From positions 93,759 to 157,758 of the forward strand of contig MNRO01000021.1 in the NCBI GenBank assembly GCA_001915995.1: DNA of 64,000 nt. Direction: 5' to 3'. Under the pieces are notes generated by a model that saw nothing but the letters and a program-made list of their open reading frames with translations, did no database searches and was not told the origin of the DNA. Within the stretch, counting starts at the first letter, position 1. Each line of letters begins with the position of its first letter. Shown one piece after another: positions 25,980-34,554 of the stretch. Source of the stretch: Clostridium sp. 26_21. GTDB taxonomy: Bacteria; Bacillota; Clostridia; TANB77; CAG-508. The position numbers and the translations under genes are program-made.

Positions 25980-26996
25980 TCATTTTTTTGTTTTAATTGC
26001 ATTTTGAATCAATTTATCAAGTAATTCTGAATACCTAATCCCACTATTTTCAAATAATTTCGGATACATACTTATTGAAGTAAAACCTGGCATTGTATTT
26101 ATTTCATTTATATAAACTTTATTAGTTACATTCTCCAAAAAAAAGTCAACTCTAGAAATATTTTTTCCATCTATAACTTTAAAAGCTTTTATTGCAAGTT
26201 TTTTTATTTCTTCAATTTTTTCTTTATCAATTTTTGCTGGTATAATTGTTTGAGAATCTGGTATATTATATTTTGCGTCAAAGCTATAAAATTCTTCAGC
26301 AGATTTTATTTCTCCAACTGTTGAAGCTTTTATTTCTCCATCATCTAAAATAGCACATTCTATTTCCTTTCCATTAATTCCTTCTTCTATTAAAACTTTT
26401 TCATCATATTGTGTAGCATATTCTATTGCTAATTTTAATTCTTCATTATTAATTACTTTTTTTACTCCAACAGATGAACCTGAATTAGATGGTTTTACAA
26501 ACATCGGAAATTTCAATTTTTTAGTTATATTTTCTATTTTTAATTCACTTTCATCAAAGTTTTCATTTATCATATAATATTCTGATTTTCTCTTTCTAAT
26601 ATATATATACTTAGTCTGTGGAATTTTTGCCTTTTCAAATAGTATTTTTGTATAAACTTTATCCATTCCGTTTGCAGAAGCTAGAACTCCACAACCTACA
26701 TAAGGAATTTGAAATAACTCTAACATTCCTTGAATTGTTCCATCTTCTCCATCTTTTCCATGCAAAACTGGAAATACTACATCTAATTCTTTTAATAACC
26801 ATATTATATTATAAACTTCTTCTTTTTCTCCATTTTTTATTTCAAACCATTTTCCATATTTATTTATATATATTTCATGTATTTCATAATTTTCTTTATT
26901 TAAATTTTCTATTATTGATCTAGCAGACATTTTTGAAACATCATGCTCTGTTGAAATTCCACCATAAATAACCCCTAATCTAATCATCATTCTCAT
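25980..26996 (-). CDS. ddl: D-alanine--D-alanine ligase
   Basis: RLGVIYGGISTEHDVSKMSARSI, VFPVLHGKDGEDGTIQG, ATP-grasp motifs and C-terminal EINTMPGFT. Confidence 0.9.
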   Translation of the reverse strand: MRMMIRLGVIYGGISTEHDVSKMSARSIIENLNKENYEIHEIYINKYGKWFEIKNGEKEEVYNIIWLLKELDVVFPVLHGKDGEDGTIQGMLELFQIPYVGCGVLASANGMDKVYTKILFEKAKIPQTKYIYIRKRKSEYYMINENFDESELKIENITKKLKFPMFVKPSNSGSSVGVKKVINNEELKLAIEYATQYDEKVLIEEGINGKEIECAILDDGEIKASTVGEIKSAEEFYSFDAKYNIPDSQTIIPAKIDKEKIEEIKKLAIKAFKVIDGKNISRVDFFLENVTNKVYINEINTMPGFTSISMYPKLFENSGIRYSELLDKLIQNAIKTKK

Positions 26997-27051
26997 CCTT
27001 TCTTAATAATATACTTTATTCTTTATAACATTATTAAAAAATAATGTCAAA

Positions 27052-28818
27052 TTATTTTAATGTATCTAAATATGGTAACACCTCACTTAAAATTTTTCCA
27101 CCAACAGGTGCAGCTACCCCACCCCCTTGATGTCCTCCTTCTCCTGTTGGATTATATAAAGTTATTAAGAGTACAATTTCAGGATCGTCTGTATTTGCAA
27201 CTCCACAAAATGATGTAACATATTTTCCTGTATTAACTCCATCTTCTGATGTTCCTGTTTTTCCTCCAACTTTATATCCTTCAACTTTAGCATTTTTTCC
27301 CGTTCCTTCTGATACAACACTATTCATCATGCTCAAAACTTTTTCTGCATTTTCTTTTGATATTATTTGCTCTCCTGTTTCTATTGGCATATCCGTTTTT
27401 TCACCTGTTTCACTATTTATAATACTTTTTACTATTCTTGGTTTTATATATGTTCCCTTATTGGCAATACTTGAAACTGCTGTTATCATTTGTAATGGTG
27501 TTATTTCAAATCTTTGCCCAAAACTAATTGTTGCCAATTCTACAGGGCCTGCTTTTTCTTCTTTTATGAATATACTATTTGCTTCTCCTGGTAATTTTAT
27601 TCCTGTTTTATTAAACAATCCGAATTTTCTTAAATATTCATAGTATTTTGTTACACCTATTTTTTGTCCTAATCCTATAAATACTGGGTTACAAGAATTC
27701 ATTAATGCTAATCTTAAACTTTCTGCCCCATGTGGTCTATAATATCTCCAACATTTTATTCTTACTCCTGCAACTTCTATTCCTCCTGTACAACAAAATT
27801 GCCCTTGCCTATCTATATCTGTTACTATTCCTTCTTCCAAAGCTGCAGATGATGTTATTGTTTTAAATACTGAACCAGGCTCGTATGTATCTGATATTGC
27901 TTTATTTCTCCACATCTTTTGCATTGCTTTTGTTTTCCCTTGTGAATCTAAACTTTCCCATTCTGTTTTTTGTTCAGTAGTATGTGGTTCATATGGACTA
28001 TTTAAATCATATGCTGGATATGTTGCCATAGCTAAAATATCTCCATTTTTAGGATTCATTGCAATAATACTTCCTCCATCTGTACATACATTGTCAATAC
28101 ATGCTTCTTCAAGATATTTTTCTATAATTGATTGTATAGTCATATCTATTGTTAATATTAAACTATTTCCATCTATTGAGTTAACATATTCTTCACTTCC
28201 AAGGCTCTCACCAGCTCCATTTGTTTGTCTTTCTATTCTTCCATTTTTTCCTTTTAATTCATCATCATATTTAGCTTCAACACCATCTAATCCTTGATTA
28301 TCACTTCCACAAAATCCTATTACTTGTGCAGCTAAATCTCCATACGGATAATATCTTTTCGAATCTTCATCTATATTTATTCCTGTTGTTATTTGATTAT
28401 CATTCATCCATTTTCTTAACTCATCTGTTTTACTTTTTTCTACTTGTTTTACTATTGTTTCTATAGAACTTCTTTTATTTACTTTTTTTAAAACCTTATC
28501 ATAATCTAATTCAAATATATCACTTATTGCCTTGGCTACTTTTTCTTTGTTTTCTTTTTTTATATTTCCTGGATTAATTGTCACTGCTTCTACACTTGAA
28601 CTTATTGCTAATATATATTTTTCTGTTGCATCATATATTGTTCCTCTTTTAGCCGTTATTTTTCTACTTTGTGATTGTTGACTTATTGCTTTATTATTCA
28701 ATTCTGCTCCCAAAACTAATTGAATATATCCTAGTCTTATTGTCAATAATAATATTATAACTATTACAACAAATAAACCATTTCTCATTTTCTTTTTACT
28801 TGATAATGATATTGGCAT
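27052..28818 (-). CDS. penicillin-binding protein, class B transpeptidase (SpoVD/FtsI/PBP2B type)
   Basis: N-terminal TM, PBP dimerisation domain, and transpeptidase motifs SVFK (SxxK), SNP-like (MNSCNP) and KTGT (GGKTGTS). Confidence 0.85.
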   Translation of the reverse strand: MPISLSSKKKMRNGLFVVIVIILLLTIRLGYIQLVLGAELNNKAISQQSQSRKITAKRGTIYDATEKYILAISSSVEAVTINPGNIKKENKEKVAKAISDIFELDYDKVLKKVNKRSSIETIVKQVEKSKTDELRKWMNDNQITTGINIDEDSKRYYPYGDLAAQVIGFCGSDNQGLDGVEAKYDDELKGKNGRIERQTNGAGESLGSEEYVNSIDGNSLILTIDMTIQSIIEKYLEEACIDNVCTDGGSIIAMNPKNGDILAMATYPAYDLNSPYEPHTTEQKTEWESLDSQGKTKAMQKMWRNKAISDTYEPGSVFKTITSSAALEEGIVTDIDRQGQFCCTGGIEVAGVRIKCWRYYRPHGAESLRLALMNSCNPVFIGLGQKIGVTKYYEYLRKFGLFNKTGIKLPGEANSIFIKEEKAGPVELATISFGQRFEITPLQMITAVSSIANKGTYIKPRIVKSIINSETGEKTDMPIETGEQIISKENAEKVLSMMNSVVSEGTGKNAKVEGYKVGGKTGTSEDGVNTGKYVTSFCGVANTDDPEIVLLITLYNPTGEGGHQGGGVAAPVGGKILSEVLPYLDTLK

Positions 28819-28850
28819 AAAATCACCTCTTTTGATTTTATGCTTGTAAA

Positions 28851-28886
28851 TAAAAAAAAATTCCTAGGAAATTTTTCCTAGGAATT
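28851..28886 (-). terminator. strong intrinsic terminator of the RSH gene
   Basis: Two copies of the 10-bp palindrome ttcctaggaa (28861-28870 and 28875-28884) form the stem. T9 follows on the minus strand. Confidence 0.85.
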
Positions 28887-28892
28887 AAAGGA

Positions 28893-29894
28893 TTATTTAA
28901 AACTTTGTGAAAGATGACGAATTTCAAAAACATCAGGTTGAGATGCTCCAATTCTGTCTTCTTTTTCAGAATTTCCAGAAAAGCCACTGATATGAAGCTG
29001 TGTAAAATCATTGATTCTAAAAGCTTCATTTATCAGTAAATCAATATCTGTTAATTCTTCTGTTGCATGTCCTCCTGTCTTTTTATAAACATCATGACTT
29101 GCCTTTCCGTTTTCAGCCTCTTCCTCCATTTTCTGAGACTTAAGTTGAATTTCAATTTGTGCACCAGGAATATTGGTTGAATATGCTGTTATTGACAAAG
29201 TAAATTGCAATGCTTTATATCCATTTTCCTTAGGATGATGGATATAATCTTTTACTTTCGACTCATCAATAAAAAATGGTGTATTCATAATTTCTGCAAC
29301 AACCTTTTTATCAGCCTCCATTATTTCTTGATTGTCATCTACCCATTTTTTAAACTCTTTTGCCATCTTTATGTTTCGAATAACCAAAACATTATTAATG
29401 GTGTCATAGATATGCTCGATTGTTTCTTCAATTTCTTCTTCTGAAGCATCATTAAAGATGATTCCTTTAATTCCAAAACGGTCTCGAATACTTGTTGAGA
29501 GATTCATATTTGCTTTGCGCAAAATTTTTGTGAGTTCACTTTCAAACGACTTGCATCTCGCAATCAGTTCAATACAAGTTGTTTTCCCATCAATAGAATT
29601 CATCCACAAAATGAGATACATTATTGTTTTCAACAAGTAACTCGTTTCGTTTTTCATCTTAATGGTCATTTTCCGATAGTTGATGCAACCTCTAAGACCA
29701 TCAAGAAAAAGATAAAACTGTTTCGAATCTTCTTCCCCCACCTCAATTTCAGTCAACAAATCATACTCTTTTTGTGCCCAACTCAAAATATCGTTTGATT
29801 GCTGGGCTGCTAAAAAATGAGTTTCCTTGAGTTTAACTATTGTCTCTTTAGATAATGGTGAATATTTTTCTGCGTTCCGTATCATGACTTTCAT
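28893..29894 (-). CDS. RelA/SpoT-domain nucleotide pyrophosphokinase (small alarmone synthetase / toxSAS-like), extended form (islet 3)
   Basis: Ordered synthetase motifs: ARCKSFESELTKILRK, DRFGIKGIIF, GYKALQFTL, IEIQLKSQKMEEEAENGKASHDVYK. The fourth-codon ATG at 29885 has the better SD spacing. G+C is higher than in the flanks. Confidence 0.75.
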   Translation of the reverse strand: MKVMIRNAEKYSPLSKETIVKLKETHFLAAQQSNDILSWAQKEYDLLTEIEVGEEDSKQFYLFLDGLRGCINYRKMTIKMKNETSYLLKTIMYLILWMNSIDGKTTCIELIARCKSFESELTKILRKANMNLSTSIRDRFGIKGIIFNDASEEEIEETIEHIYDTINNVLVIRNIKMAKEFKKWVDDNQEIMEADKKVVAEIMNTPFFIDESKVKDYIHHPKENGYKALQFTLSITAYSTNIPGAQIEIQLKSQKMEEEAENGKASHDVYKKTGGHATEELTDIDLLINEAFRINDFTQLHISGFSGNSEKEDRIGASQPDVFEIRHLSQSFK

Positions 29895-29901
29895 CCTTTC
29901 T

Positions 29902-29939
29902 ATTTACGCATTTTACGCAATTATGTAAATATTATACCA
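29902..29939 (-). promoter_or_regulatory. extended -10 promoter plus a tandem direct repeat in the RSH 5' leader
   Basis: On the minus strand, TGGTATAAT lies at 29931-29939. The plus strand has TTTACGCA at 29903-29910 and again at 29912-29919 (period 9). ATTTAC/GTAAAT arms lie at 29902-29907 and 29925-29930. Confidence 0.45.
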
Positions 29940-30030
29940 TAAATTCTAAAAAAAGTATAGCATTTACTTCTAAAAAGTGATATAATTCAAGCGAAATATA
30001 ATGGTTTAAGCCAAAAAGGAGGAATTTTAA

Positions 30031-31152
30031 ATGAAAACTGTGCCAATTACATTATTAACAGGATACTTAGGAGCTGGAAAAACAACTCTTATAAATCATA
30101 TTTTAAATAATCAAGATGGTTACAAAGTTGCTGTAATTGTTAATGATATTGGAGAAGTAAATATAGATGCATCTTTAATAGGAAAAGGTGGTATTGTTAC
30201 TGAAACAAATGATAGCCTTGTTCCTTTACAAAATGGTTGTATATGTTGTACTTTAAAAGTTGATTTAATGCAACAAATTGTCGATTTGGTAAAAACAGGA
30301 AATTTTGATTATATATTAATAGAAGCTAGTGGAATTTGTGAACCTATTCCAATTGCTCAAACAATAACTGTTTTACAAGATTCTACAAAACAATATGGAT
30401 TACCTAAAATTTGCAGATTAGATAATGTTGTTTCTGTTGTTGATGCTTTAAGATTAAGAGATGAATTCAATTGTGGTGAAGAACTTGAAAAAGAAGAAAT
30501 TGATGATGAAGATATTGAAAATTTATTAATTCAGCAAATTGAATTCTGTAATACTTTGATTTTAAACAAAGTTGATGAACTTTCTAAAGATGAACTTGCA
30601 AAAGTTAAAGCTGTTGTAAAAAAATTACAACCAAGTGCAAAAATAATAGAAACAAATTATTCAGATGTTGATTTTAGAGAAATTATGGATACAAAAGCTT
30701 TTGATTTCGAAAAAGCTTCACTTTCAGCTGGTTGGGCTCAAGAATTAGATAAAACTGAGGAAGAAGCTGAAGAAGGTGAAACAGAAGAATATGGAATTGG
30801 AACTTTTGTATATTATAGAAGAAAACCTTTAGTTGAATCAAAATTCCATAACTTTGTTAATTCCTTACCAAGAAATATAATTAGATGTAAAGGTATTGTT
30901 TGGTTTGAGAATGATGACGAAATGTCATATGTTTTTGAACAAGCTGGAAAACAAACTGGAGTTTATGAAGCTGGCGAATGGATTGCTACTTTCCCATTAA
31001 AAGATCAACAAGCATTTAGAAAAGCTAATTCTGATTTAGAAAGAGACTGGGATGAAGAAGTTGGAGATAGAATGGTTAAACTTGTTTTCATCGGTCAAAA
31101 AATGAATAAAAAAGCAATTTGTGAAGAACTTGATAAATGTTTAGCAAAATAA
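30031..31152 (+). CDS. COG0523-family GTPase (CobW/YjiA/ZagA-like putative metallochaperone)
   Basis: P-loop GYLGAGKTTLINHIL, metal-binding GCICCT (CxCC), an acidic linker and the CobW C-terminal domain. Confidence 0.85.
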   Translation: MKTVPITLLTGYLGAGKTTLINHILNNQDGYKVAVIVNDIGEVNIDASLIGKGGIVTETNDSLVPLQNGCICCTLKVDLMQQIVDLVKTGNFDYILIEASGICEPIPIAQTITVLQDSTKQYGLPKICRLDNVVSVVDALRLRDEFNCGEELEKEEIDDEDIENLLIQQIEFCNTLILNKVDELSKDELAKVKAVVKKLQPSAKIIETNYSDVDFREIMDTKAFDFEKASLSAGWAQELDKTEEEAEEGETEEYGIGTFVYYRRKPLVESKFHNFVNSLPRNIIRCKGIVWFENDDEMSYVFEQAGKQTGVYEAGEWIATFPLKDQQAFRKANSDLERDWDEEVGDRMVKLVFIGQKMNKKAICEELDKCLAK

Positions 31153-31162
31153 TTTAATATAA

Positions 31163-31194
31163 GAAGTCACTTTAAATTAAAGTGACTTTTTTTA
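31163..31194 (+). terminator. intrinsic terminator
   Basis: Stem aagtcacttt / aaagtgactt followed by T7. Confidence 0.8.
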
Positions 31195-31222
31195 TAAAAA
31201 AATCGCCTATCTGGCGATTTTT
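31195..31222 (-). terminator. intrinsic terminator of the HD gene
   Basis: Stem aatcgcc / ggcgatt. T7 follows on the minus strand. Confidence 0.7.
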
Positions 31223-31224
31223 AA

Positions 31225-31779
31225 TTATGTATTAAAGAAATATGTTGCTTCCAAATCAGCTTCAAACATAAGCAATGCTAAAGGATATTTAGTGTATGCT
31301 AATCCTATTGTTCCATATTGTTCTTTTGGCTCTGTAAATCCCATATGCCAACGAATTGCATACTTTTCTTCACTTGTTAATTTCATATATTCTGTTATCA
31401 TCATAACAGATTTTTCACCATGTCCATATGGTATAGTATCTTCAACTGTATAATATGGTACCTTTTCCCATACTCCTAAAGCATTTTTTGCATTTCTATA
31501 ATCTATTTTATAAAAATTAGCTTTACACAAATCATGTAATAATGGTACTATTATTAAAGTTTCTGGTGGTGTATTTAATGCAATTGGAGCATTTTTTACT
31601 TTTTCTTGCAATATTTCATATACTTTCATGCTATGTTCTACAAGTCCACCAGCATGATCACCATGAAATCTTGTGCTTGCAGGTGCTGTAAAAAAATCTG
31701 TACTTTCAATAAATCTTATTAACTCATCAATTCCTTCTCTTTTTACACTTTTTAATAAATTTAAAAATTCTTCTTTCAT
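31225..31779 (-). CDS. HD-domain hydrolase family protein
   Basis: STRFHGDHAGGLVEHSMKV ... VPLLHDLCK ... HGEKS: an H..HD metal-binding pattern. Confidence 0.6.
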   Translation of the reverse strand: MKEEFLNLLKSVKREGIDELIRFIESTDFFTAPASTRFHGDHAGGLVEHSMKVYEILQEKVKNAPIALNTPPETLIIVPLLHDLCKANFYKIDYRNAKNALGVWEKVPYYTVEDTIPYGHGEKSVMMITEYMKLTSEEKYAIRWHMGFTEPKEQYGTIGLAYTKYPLALLMFEADLEATYFFNT

Positions 31780-31794
31780 GCTATAACTCCTATT

Positions 31795-32463
31795 CTATTT
31801 TCTTTTTTCACTTATTATTTTTTCTATGCTTGCTACAACTTCATCAATTGTCATGTTGCTTGAATCAACATATATTGCATCATCTGCTTTTTTTAATGGT
31901 GCTATTTCTCTTGTACTATCAATAAAATCTCTATTTTTTACACTTTCAAGTATTTCTTCATATGGCATTTCAATTCCATTTTCTTTATTTTGTAAATATC
32001 TTCTTCTAGCTCTTTCTTCTGGTGTTGCATCTAAATAAATTTTTACATTAGCATTTGGAAATACATTTGTTCCAATATCTCTTCCTTCCATTATAACATC
32101 TATTGTTTCTGCCATTTCTCTTTGAAGTTTGGCTAGTCTTTCTCTTACTATTTTTATTGTTGAAACTGGTGATACATTTTCATTAACAGGTTTTGTTCTG
32201 ATTTCTAATGATACATCTTTACCATTTAAATATACTTTTTGAACACCATCTATTTTTCTAAATTCTATTTTTATTTCATCTAAAAGTTTTGATATTTTTT
32301 CAAAATCATCTAATGCTATATTTTTATTTAACATTGCAAGTGTAACGCTTCTGTACATTGCTCCTGTATCTATACTTGTTAAATTCATTTCTTTTGCTAT
32401 TTTTTTTGTTATTGTTCCTTTTCCACTTCCGGCAGGTCCATCAACTGCAACTACAAATCCCAT
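31795..32463 (-). CDS. cmk: cytidylate kinase
   Basis: VAVDGPAGSGKGTITKKIA P-loop and IDTGAMYR. I chose the start at MGFVV because GGAGG lies 5-6 nt upstream. Confidence 0.9.
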   Translation of the reverse strand: MGFVVAVDGPAGSGKGTITKKIAKEMNLTSIDTGAMYRSVTLAMLNKNIALDDFEKISKLLDEIKIEFRKIDGVQKVYLNGKDVSLEIRTKPVNENVSPVSTIKIVRERLAKLQREMAETIDVIMEGRDIGTNVFPNANVKIYLDATPEERARRRYLQNKENGIEMPYEEILESVKNRDFIDSTREIAPLKKADDAIYVDSSNMTIDEVVASIEKIISEKRK

Positions 32464-32482
32464 TATATCCTCCATTTTTTAT

Positions 32483-33616
32483 TTATTGATTATCTTCTTT
32501 TGTTAATATAAATGCTGTTGAAATATATCTTGTTCTATGTGATCCTGATTGATCAACTGGATCATTTATTATTTTATTATTTACTACCATTGCACTAGAT
32601 GTTCCTCCATCTAGATTAGCAGCATTATAAGCTCCATATCTTTCAAATATTTCTATTAAATCTTTCATTGTTGCACCAGGCCTTGTTACTGTTCTTCCAT
32701 CTACAACTAAAAACAATACAATTCCATCTTGTCTTTGCGCTATTGCTGTTCTTGGTGCTGTTCCCCAACCACCATTTCCAGATACTGATGATGGCTTTCC
32801 ATTTACTATTAAAAATGGTCCAAATGTTACTCCATCACGAACTTTTTGTTTCTTAGCTTGCTCTACAGTCATTTTTCCAAGTACTAATTTATCGTCTTGT
32901 GTAAATCCTATTAATCCACCTTGTCCTCTATATGTTTCTGATGTTATTAATTTCCCATTTGAAAATGTTATTCCAAGTGGTATTGCTCCATTTCCTACAT
33001 AATTTGGATCTTCAAATCCTCCTCCATTTATTGCAATTAGTGCATTATTATCTTGAGCCATCTTAGTCAAATATTCACCTGTTTTTCCTAATTTACTTGT
33101 ATATACTGTTTTTATTCTTGATGGATCATATATTACTGCCATATATCCATCATAACCTTTTCCTTCTATTTTTATTATTTTATAATCTTCATGTTCTGGA
33201 TCTTTTTCTAAAATCTGTTTCTCATATTCATTTGCATAATGTGTATTATTTTCATTTTCATTATCAACTACAATTATCATTGAGGTATCTGTACTTTCAT
33301 CTGTTTCATGCACTTTATTATTATCCAACACTTCCTGTATTGTTTCATCACTATAAAACCATGTTGCTAAATACTGGTGTCTCATCGTTGTCATTGCACT
33401 TGTTATTAGCCAATCTCTAAATCCTGAATATGGTCCATATAATAAAAATGCTAATGTTGATATTCCTAGTATTCCTAATATTATAATTGTTATTAATATT
33501 TTTAACCATATCTTTTTAGATTTTTTATTTTTTATATTCATAGAATTTCTATCTGTATTTTTTTCATTAGCATGTTTTTGTAATGCTTTTGGAAGTTCTT
33601 CTTCACTTAAGTTCAT
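32483..33616 (-). CDS. phosphodiester glycosidase family protein (DUF2233), membrane-anchored
   Basis: TM helix, then AINGGGFEDPN ... GPFLIVNGK ... PRTAIAQ ... LDGGTSSAMV, the pattern of the NAGPA-like DUF2233 domain. Confidence 0.65.
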   Translation of the reverse strand: MNLSEEELPKALQKHANEKNTDRNSMNIKNKKSKKIWLKILITIIILGILGISTLAFLLYGPYSGFRDWLITSAMTTMRHQYLATWFYSDETIQEVLDNNKVHETDESTDTSMIIVVDNENENNTHYANEYEKQILEKDPEHEDYKIIKIEGKGYDGYMAVIYDPSRIKTVYTSKLGKTGEYLTKMAQDNNALIAINGGGFEDPNYVGNGAIPLGITFSNGKLITSETYRGQGGLIGFTQDDKLVLGKMTVEQAKKQKVRDGVTFGPFLIVNGKPSSVSGNGGWGTAPRTAIAQRQDGIVLFLVVDGRTVTRPGATMKDLIEIFERYGAYNAANLDGGTSSAMVVNNKIINDPVDQSGSHRTRYISTAFILTKEDNQ

Positions 33617-33714
33617 TTACATCATTCCTTCCTTAAGGCTTAAATTTAATGTAACTCAAAATTAAACTATATATATTTCTTGTTACACACTTGATTAATA
33701 TTTTATAAGAAATT

Positions 33715-33748
33715 AAAAAAAATAGCAAGTACTTCTTGCTACTTTTTT
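33715..33748. terminator. bidirectional terminator downstream of sigH
   Basis: Stem tagcaag / cttgcta, flanked by A8 and T6. Confidence 0.6.
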
Positions 33749-33785
33749 CTTTGTTTTTCGACTTTTTTCTTAACATTTTATTAAG

Positions 33786-34448
33786 TTATGAATCAATGCT
33801 TTCTTTTATTTTATTTGCTTTTTTCTTTATTCTTTGTATTGCTGTGTCTACAGATTTTACTTTTGTTTTTAATTTTTCTGCTATATCTGCATATGAATGT
33901 CCTTTTTCATATTCATATAAAACTGATAATTCATATTCACTTAAATTTTCTTTTATCTTTCTTTCTATTGTTTTTGAATATTCTTGATTTGCTATTATAT
34001 CTGATGGATCATCTTCTGCTTTTAAATCTACTATTTCAAGCTTGTCCATATCATCATTATCTTCATATGCTGCTGAATTTAAAGAGATTGATGAATTTAA
34101 TGGTATATGTTTTTGTCTGTTTGAATTTTTAACTGCTGTTATTAATTGTCTTTCTATACACATATTTGCAAATGTTTTAAATGAGTTTTGTTTTTCTGTG
34201 TTAAATGATTTTACTGCTTTATAAAGTCCGATCATTCCCTCTTGTACCATGTCTTCTCTTTCTGCCCCTACCATGAAAAATTTATTTGCTTTCATATTTA
34301 CTACATCATTATATCTTTCTAATAAGCAGTTTAATGCTATATTATCATCTTGTTTTATATTCTCTATTAATTTTTCATCTGTCATTTCTTTATATTGATT
34401 TTCATTAATTGAAAACATGTTTTTTTCCATTAATATTGTGTCCTCCAC
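33786..34448 (-). CDS. sigH: RNA polymerase sporulation sigma factor SigH
   Basis: EDMVQEGMIGLYKAVKSFN...FKTFANMCIERQLITAVKNSNRQKHIPLNSSISLN matches the SigH-specific region 2/3 pattern. There is a C-terminal region 4 HTH. Confidence 0.85.
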   Translation of the reverse strand: MEDTILMEKNMFSINENQYKEMTDEKLIENIKQDDNIALNCLLERYNDVVNMKANKFFMVGAEREDMVQEGMIGLYKAVKSFNTEKQNSFKTFANMCIERQLITAVKNSNRQKHIPLNSSISLNSAAYEDNDDMDKLEIVDLKAEDDPSDIIANQEYSKTIERKIKENLSEYELSVLYEYEKGHSYADIAEKLKTKVKSVDTAIQRIKKKANKIKESIDS

Positions 34449-34554
34449 TTCTTTGATGTTTTCATTATAGCTTCAAATTGCCTAGATGTCAAGGGATTTT
34501 ACGATTTTCTTATAATAAAAAATACCCTGAAAATCTTTTCAAGGTATTTTTATT

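Noticed and set aside
28838-29029. A 63-aa minus-strand ORF overlapping the 3' end of the RSH gene.
   Set aside because: It is an alternative frame inside the RSH gene and runs through its terminator. It has no independent signals.
29902-29930. A canonical Zur box controlling the COG0523 gene.
   Set aside because: There is only loose half-site similarity. The repeats are direct, not the 7-1-7 palindrome. They lie about 70 bp upstream of the COG0523 -10, inside the other gene's leader. I report them as an unassigned repeat instead.
31225-31779. The HD-domain protein acting as a small alarmone hydrolase partner of the RSH gene.
   Set aside because: It is separated from the RSH gene by a divergently transcribed COG0523 gene and has host-like composition. 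Its motif pattern (FHGDH … LLHDLCK) lacks the HDxxED signature of Rel/SpoT-type hydrolases. It is more likely an unrelated HD phosphohydrolase.
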